From positions 4,764-68,763 of IMG/VR virus record IMGVR_UViG_3300020037_005798: a stretch of DNA of 64,000 bases; one strand, written 5' to 3'. How positions within the stretch are numbered: the stretch's first letter is position 1; the number at the start of each line of letters is the position of its first letter. This stretch comes from a virus. Below the pieces are notes generated by a model. That model saw only the letters and a list, made by a program, of their open reading frames with translations. It had not been told where the DNA came from and searched no databases. A program made the translations under genes and the position numbers. Shown in pieces: positions 59,170 to 64,000 of this stretch.

Positions 59170-60033
59170 ATGAAAAATGTAGTAATAAAAATAACAAAAG
59201 CAGGTCCTAATACTGGGCCATTCAATATCTCCACAGAGTTTGGGGATATTGTTGCTACTGATATAAGTAAACTAACCCTTATACAAGGAATAACAGTTGA
59301 GGTTAAAGATGATGTTTCTGTCATTATACTAGAAAGCGTTGGCATATGCTCTTTCAAAAAGAGCCTCTCTCTAGAGTCTTACACTATTATTGATTATGTA
59401 AACGCTGAATATTCAGAAGCTAAGACTTCCTGTATGTGGAGACATTTGGATAACACTACTAATTACAATAATTTCTATGGAAACATAGAACCTTATATTA
59501 TAGAATATCCTTTTGCTTTTGAATTTCAAGATGAAATCTTACAAAATGTAAAAGATTACACTAAAGCTTATGAATACATTCCTTCTTCCATAGGAGCATT
59601 TAATGATAGTGCTAAAATAGAAGTAGATGACAAATGGTTCAATAAAGCTGTTCTATATAATGGACAACAGTCTTCTGGTGTACTAGAATTAGTAGCTAAA
59701 CCAAAAAACAATTTACAAGCCTATAATCAATATCCTATCTTTAATGAAGATAGTAAAACAATCCTATATACAAAGAGTGATAATTTTTACCAATATAATA
59801 CTTTCTGGGCATTACAAAAAAGTCCATACGTACCTATGTTCAATATATCTTGTAATTCTTCTTCTATTGATAAAGTAGTAAACCAAGACAATATGGATTA
59901 TAGTTCACGTTCTTTCAAAAAATCTCCATTAAGAGCAAAGGATTTAAAAATTCGTCACATCCTAGACAATTCATCAAGTATTCATTTAGTGAGTCAATTC
60001 TTAGTGGCTCCTTCTCAAATATCTTATAAATAA
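59170..60033 (+). CDS. C-terminal part of the muzzle protein fused to an AG..GPF domain
   Basis: MWRH...YNNFYG...YIIEY, FNKAVLYN.QQSSG.L.L; N-terminus paralogous to 49924 and 50709. Confidence 0.6.
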   Translation: MKNVVIKITKAGPNTGPFNISTEFGDIVATDISKLTLIQGITVEVKDDVSVIILESVGICSFKKSLSLESYTIIDYVNAEYSEAKTSCMWRHLDNTTNYNNFYGNIEPYIIEYPFAFEFQDEILQNVKDYTKAYEYIPSSIGAFNDSAKIEVDDKWFNKAVLYNGQQSSGVLELVAKPKNNLQAYNQYPIFNEDSKTILYTKSDNFYQYNTFWALQKSPYVPMFNISCNSSSIDKVVNQDNMDYSSRSFKKSPLRAKDLKIRHILDNSSSIHLVSQFLVAPSQISYK

Positions 60034-63000
60034 TGAAATGGTTAGATAAATATGGAGAAACTCCTAAAGCACAACGTGGTAAAACAATTATTACTGATGA
60101 AAGACAGTTAGGTAATACTATTAAAGATAATATACAACCTTACTCTTTAAAAAGAAAAGATACAGTTCCTTTAACTAAAGAACAAATAGCTCAAAGAAAA
60201 GCAGAAGAAATTAAGGCTAGACAAGGAGAAATTAGACAACATACTCCTCAATCTACTATGTCTAAAGCAAAAGAGATTGCTTTAAATCCTATGACAGCTT
60301 TTGGTTATGTTGCTAGAAATGAACAACTTCCAGAAAACTTTAGTAAAGGTAATAGAGTTGGATTAGATTATGCAATAGATGTAGTAAATCCTGTTCAATA
60401 TGTAGAAGATACAAAAAATGTTGTACAAGGTGCATATAGAGGAGACTTGGGGCAAGTAGGTGAAGGTTTATTAGGTGTTGTTCCTATGGGTCTTGAGGCT
60501 AAAAATATTTATAAAGGAATAAAAAACATACCAACAGGTATAGCTCCTGAGTTACAGGAAGGCCTACAAACAGCAGGAATATCAGATTTATATAAAATAA
60601 ATCCTTGGGCAACTAAAATTGATGATGCAGCAACTAAAGTGGTTGGTGAAGGAAAAAATTCTTTTATATATGATCCTTCAAAACCTAGGTATCATAGAAC
60701 ATATAAAGCAAATCCAAACTTTCTTACAGGATATAAACAAATCAAAAAACCTAATCAGTTAGATTTTAGTCCTATAATAGACACACGTACTGAAGAATTT
60801 AAAAATAAAGCACTTCAAAATTTTAAAACTCTTACAGGAGGAAAAGGAGATGATATAAATTTAGAACAATTTGTAGACTATTTTAAATCAAAACAAGAGA
60901 GACAACATTTAAAATGGGAATATCAAGATTTTTTAACTAATATAAACAGAGAAAAATTTTATGATACTCCTGAATGGAAAAATGTATGGCATGATTCTAT
61001 AGATCAAGTAGAAGATATTTTTGGAAAAATAGAAGAAACATTGGAACAAAAATCTTCTCCACTAGGTAAAAGATTAGGTTCTGGTGCAGAAGGAAGTGTT
61101 TATGAATTAGCAGCTGACCCTAACAAGGTTATTAAAATAGGAAATACTTTTAAGACAAGTAGTGCAGAGGATTTAGTAAAATCTTTTGAAGGTATTACAG
61201 ATGATAATATAGCAAGAGTTTTAAGAGCACATCAAGATAACAAACATCTTATTGAAATAATGCCTAATTTAAAGGCAAATGCAAAATTTAGTAATTTTAC
61301 AAAAGAACAAGTTTTAGGCAAATTAGAAAAAGATGCAAAAGGTCTTATGGATAGAGGTTTTTATTTAGACGTTGATAATATTGATGGTAATTTTAAATAT
61401 AATCCTGATAAAAATAAAGTTGATATTTATGATATTTCAAAACCTGCTGCTGGTCAAACAAGTCAAAATCCAGAAGCAGTTCTTAGAATACTGAAAAATC
61501 ATTTTAGTAATGACTTTAGAATACCAAAAACACATCCTTCATATAATCCTAATATGCCTTCTCCTGAATTTAAAGGAGGAGGAAATATTAAAAAAGCTCC
61601 ACAACTTCAACATGGAGGAAACACTGATTCAACAGCAATGCAAGGTAGTAAACAAACTATAACTCCAATATATCAATTTGGTGGTAATATACCTATGTCT
61701 ACTTGGGAAACCCAACAAGCTAAAGTAAAAGCTGAAAAAGATATTCAATTACAAAAATTACTAAAAGATAAATCTTATATTAAAAACCTTGAAAAAGAAA
61801 GTGCTAATAGAAGATCTCAAGTTCCTTCAGAACAATATATAACTATTAATGATGTTACAAATGTTCCTTTACAAAATAAACCTGAGAAAACTTCTGTTGC
61901 AGCTAGAAATAAAACAAATAAAGAAATAGCTCAAGAAAGACAAGCAAGAATAGATGCTCAAACACAAGCAAATGCACAACCTTTTGATTGGGGTAATTTT
62001 AGACAATCTTTAGCAGATAGAAGTCAAGCAACAGGAGATGTTTTTAGAGCATATAATGAGCCTAACTTTTTTGATGACTATTTAAATCCTGCCGCAATGC
62101 TAGGAAGCATGGCAGATAATTTAGGACAAGCACCTTTAAGGGCACAACAAGAAGACAGCTATATGCCGTATTTAACAGCCATAGGAACACCATTAGCAGT
62201 AGGTGCTTTGGCGGGAGTAGGGACAAATGGGAGTAAAATACAGTTTGTTAATAATTTAGTAAATCCTTTGGCGGGTATAAAAAACCCATTTAAAACCCCA
62301 CAAATAGATTTATCAAACTCCGCAGGAAAAATGTATGGAGAGCATCCTACAATTGTTCAAGCGGAAAGATTAAAGAATAAAAACATAAAAAACAAATATT
62401 TTAAATACAAAGATTATGACCAACCAATAAAGGAAAATTTTACTGATAAGATAAAAGATAAAGGTACAGATATAAACATATATAACTATGAAAATTTTAT
62501 AGATGATATTCACAACCAAACAGCTTTTGGGGAAGCTAGTTATTTCAATAAAAGTCCACAAAACTTAGGGTCAGGAAGTTTTAGACACAAAGGAAATATT
62601 TTTACTGACGCACCATTAGATACACAAGGTAAAGCAATAATAGAAGCTCATGAAAAAAACCACGGAGTTTTTGCAGGAACTTTAAGAGAAGATGTAATTA
62701 AGGATTTAAAATCTGCATTTAATTCTTCAGGACCTATAAAGGGGTACAAAGACACACATCAGGCAGATGAGATATTAGCTAGGATGGCTCAGTTTAAAAA
62801 CGCTTTAGGTTTTAGCAATAATCAAGTATTTACAAAAGGACATTTGGATTTAATTAGAAAAAACTATCCCAAAGAGTTTGTAGATAACGGTATCACAGAT
62901 ATGTTAGAAAAAATACCTAAAAATTCTAGTTATGAAAAAAAATTCATACAAAACATGAATAAGTACGCTTTTGGGATAGCACCAATAGCAGGAGCAACTT

Positions 63001-64000
63001 ATATGACTAGTCAACAAAACTCTTCATTTAAAAATGGAGGAGTTATTAAAGATGATATGGGTTATTGGAATCCTGATAATGTTGGTAAGACTGTAGAAAT
63101 AGGTAGTGGTAACATTACTATGGAAGGAGTTAACCAACCTTTGTTGGGAATAAGTAAAAGAACTATTACTCCAATATATCAATTTGGTGGTAATAAACCT
63201 TCATCAGAAAGTATAGACTATGACTATGTGAATTATGGTACTCCAGAATATGAAGAAGCTTATAAACAAGGTAAGTTTGCACATGCTACTAATCAATTAA
63301 ATGAAGTAGTTGTTACTCCTTATGATAAACAGTATCCTCATTATCAGCAATTATCTTCAAATGAACAAAAATATTTGAGAGATAATATTAATTCTAATGA
63401 CCCTATTACTAAACAATTAAAAGCAAGAGCTATAGATGGTCAGGGTTTCAATGCTGATAAAGCTAGTCAATTTGCTAAATCATGGTTATTAGATTTACCA
63501 TTAGCTTCTTTACAAGCACCACAATCTGCTCTTGTAGAAGGAATAGAAGGGCTTAGAGGTAATAATTTTAATATGTTAAATGCGTTAGAACCTGATAAAC
63601 AAAGAATACCATCAGAAACATGGGGAGTAGAAAATCCTTATGCTGCTTTTGCTGTAGATGCTATTACAGATCCTTCTATTTTAACAGGAATTGGTACAGC
63701 AAGAAAACCTTTACAAAAAGGATTACAACAAGCAGGAGAATATTTAATAACACAAACGCCTTTAAAAAACACTTATAAATTAAACCCTTATGCTTTTAAA
63801 CCTGACCCTGAAATGGGGTATAGAATGTTAGGTAAAGAGATTCCAGAGAATAAAGCTTTAATGCAAGAACATGTAGCTGTAGATTACAGAAAAAATCCTC
63901 TTTCAGATAAAGAAAAAGAAATGTATCAGTGGTTTGATGAACAAATGAGGTTTGATAAATTACCAGAAACTACAAATAAACAAAGTATTGAGGTTCTTGA
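60033..64000 (+). CDS. Large modular virion cargo / polyvalent protein, partial (more than 1320 aa)
   Basis: ATG overlaps the previous stop (TAATG); frame read open to the window end; kinase-like (about 61060-61500) and HExxH zincin (62649-62663) modules. Confidence 0.85.
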   Translation, partial: MKWLDKYGETPKAQRGKTIITDERQLGNTIKDNIQPYSLKRKDTVPLTKEQIAQRKAEEIKARQGEIRQHTPQSTMSKAKEIALNPMTAFGYVARNEQLPENFSKGNRVGLDYAIDVVNPVQYVEDTKNVVQGAYRGDLGQVGEGLLGVVPMGLEAKNIYKGIKNIPTGIAPELQEGLQTAGISDLYKINPWATKIDDAATKVVGEGKNSFIYDPSKPRYHRTYKANPNFLTGYKQIKKPNQLDFSPIIDTRTEEFKNKALQNFKTLTGGKGDDINLEQFVDYFKSKQERQHLKWEYQDFLTNINREKFYDTPEWKNVWHDSIDQVEDIFGKIEETLEQKSSPLGKRLGSGAEGSVYELAADPNKVIKIGNTFKTSSAEDLVKSFEGITDDNIARVLRAHQDNKHLIEIMPNLKANAKFSNFTKEQVLGKLEKDAKGLMDRGFYLDVDNIDGNFKYNPDKNKVDIYDISKPAAGQTSQNPEAVLRILKNHFSNDFRIPKTHPSYNPNMPSPEFKGGGNIKKAPQLQHGGNTDSTAMQGSKQTITPIYQFGGNIPMSTWETQQAKVKAEKDIQLQKLLKDKSYIKNLEKESANRRSQVPSEQYITINDVTNVPLQNKPEKTSVAARNKTNKEIAQERQARIDAQTQANAQPFDWGNFRQSLADRSQATGDVFRAYNEPNFFDDYLNPAAMLGSMADNLGQAPLRAQQEDSYMPYLTAIGTPLAVGALAGVGTNGSKIQFVNNLVNPLAGIKNPFKTPQIDLSNSAGKMYGEHPTIVQAERLKNKNIKNKYFKYKDYDQPIKENFTDKIKDKGTDINIYNYENFIDDIHNQTAFGEASYFNKSPQNLGSGSFRHKGNIFTDAPLDTQGKAIIEAHEKNHGVFAGTLREDVIKDLKSAFNSSGPIKGYKDTHQADEILARMAQFKNALGFSNNQVFTKGHLDLIRKNYPKEFVDNGITDMLEKIPKNSSYEKKFIQNMNKYAFGIAPIAGATYMTSQQNSSFKNGGVIKDDMGYWNPDNVGKTVEIGSGNITMEGVNQPLLGISKRTITPIYQFGGNKPSSESIDYDYVNYGTPEYEEAYKQGKFAHATNQLNEVVVTPYDKQYPHYQQLSSNEQKYLRDNINSNDPITKQLKARAIDGQGFNADKASQFAKSWLLDLPLASLQAPQSALVEGIEGLRGNNFNMLNALEPDKQRIPSETWGVENPYAAFAVDAITDPSILTGIGTARKPLQKGLQQAGEYLITQTPLKNTYKLNPYAFKPDPEMGYRMLGKEIPENKALMQEHVAVDYRKNPLSDKEKEMYQWFDEQMRFDKLPETTNKQSIEVL
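61647..63195 (+). repeat. 43-nt direct repeat pair (61647-61689 and 63153-63195)
   Basis: AGTAAAnnAACTATnACTCCAATATATCAATTTGGTGGTAATA, 40/43 identical, 1506 nt apart, in frame (SKxTITPIYQFGGN). Confidence 0.9.

Noticed and set aside
2258-62561. Antisense and nested ORFs in the track (e.g. 2258, 7322, 18176, 33782, 36517, 40181, 42694, 50974, 62370)
   Set aside because: They overlap well-supported genes on the opposite strand or in another frame and show no recognisable motifs
1-64000. Stop-codon reassignment as in some crAss-like phages
   Set aside because: Long genes are intact in the standard code and both TAG (e.g. 6461) and TGA (e.g. 7138) end ORFs at gene boundaries

Overview
AT-rich window from a crAss-like (Crassvirales-type) phage, most likely infecting a Bacteroidota/Flavobacteria host; it reads in the standard genetic code. 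Two divergent arms meet at about 33-34.3 kb. The minus-strand arm (1-34200) carries replication genes (primase, SSB-like protein, AAA recombinase, SF2 helicase, DnaB, family A polymerase with an HNH/AP2 endonuclease), a vWA/MoxR pair, a GHKL-like ATPase, a Tad1-like anti-defence sponge and many small early ORFs. The plus-strand arm (34373-64000) carries terminase, portal, scaffold, major capsid, ring/tail proteins, Cys/poly-Thr-rich virion proteins, a split muzzle/stabilisation gene and an open-ended cargo polyprotein of more than 1300 aa that the ORF track missed. The most unusual content is an RNA-rich early region: a hammerhead ribozyme, two covarying twister-like ribozymes, a circularly permuted (two-piece) tmRNA, a tRNA with an 11-nt anticodon loop, and two tandem arrays of self-contained structured RNAs, one directly behind tad1. 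The cargo ORF is modular: GG-motif linkers and a 43-nt direct repeat separate a kinase-like module, a zincin module and a third module. All calls come from manual reading and motif recall; no searches or folding programs were run.
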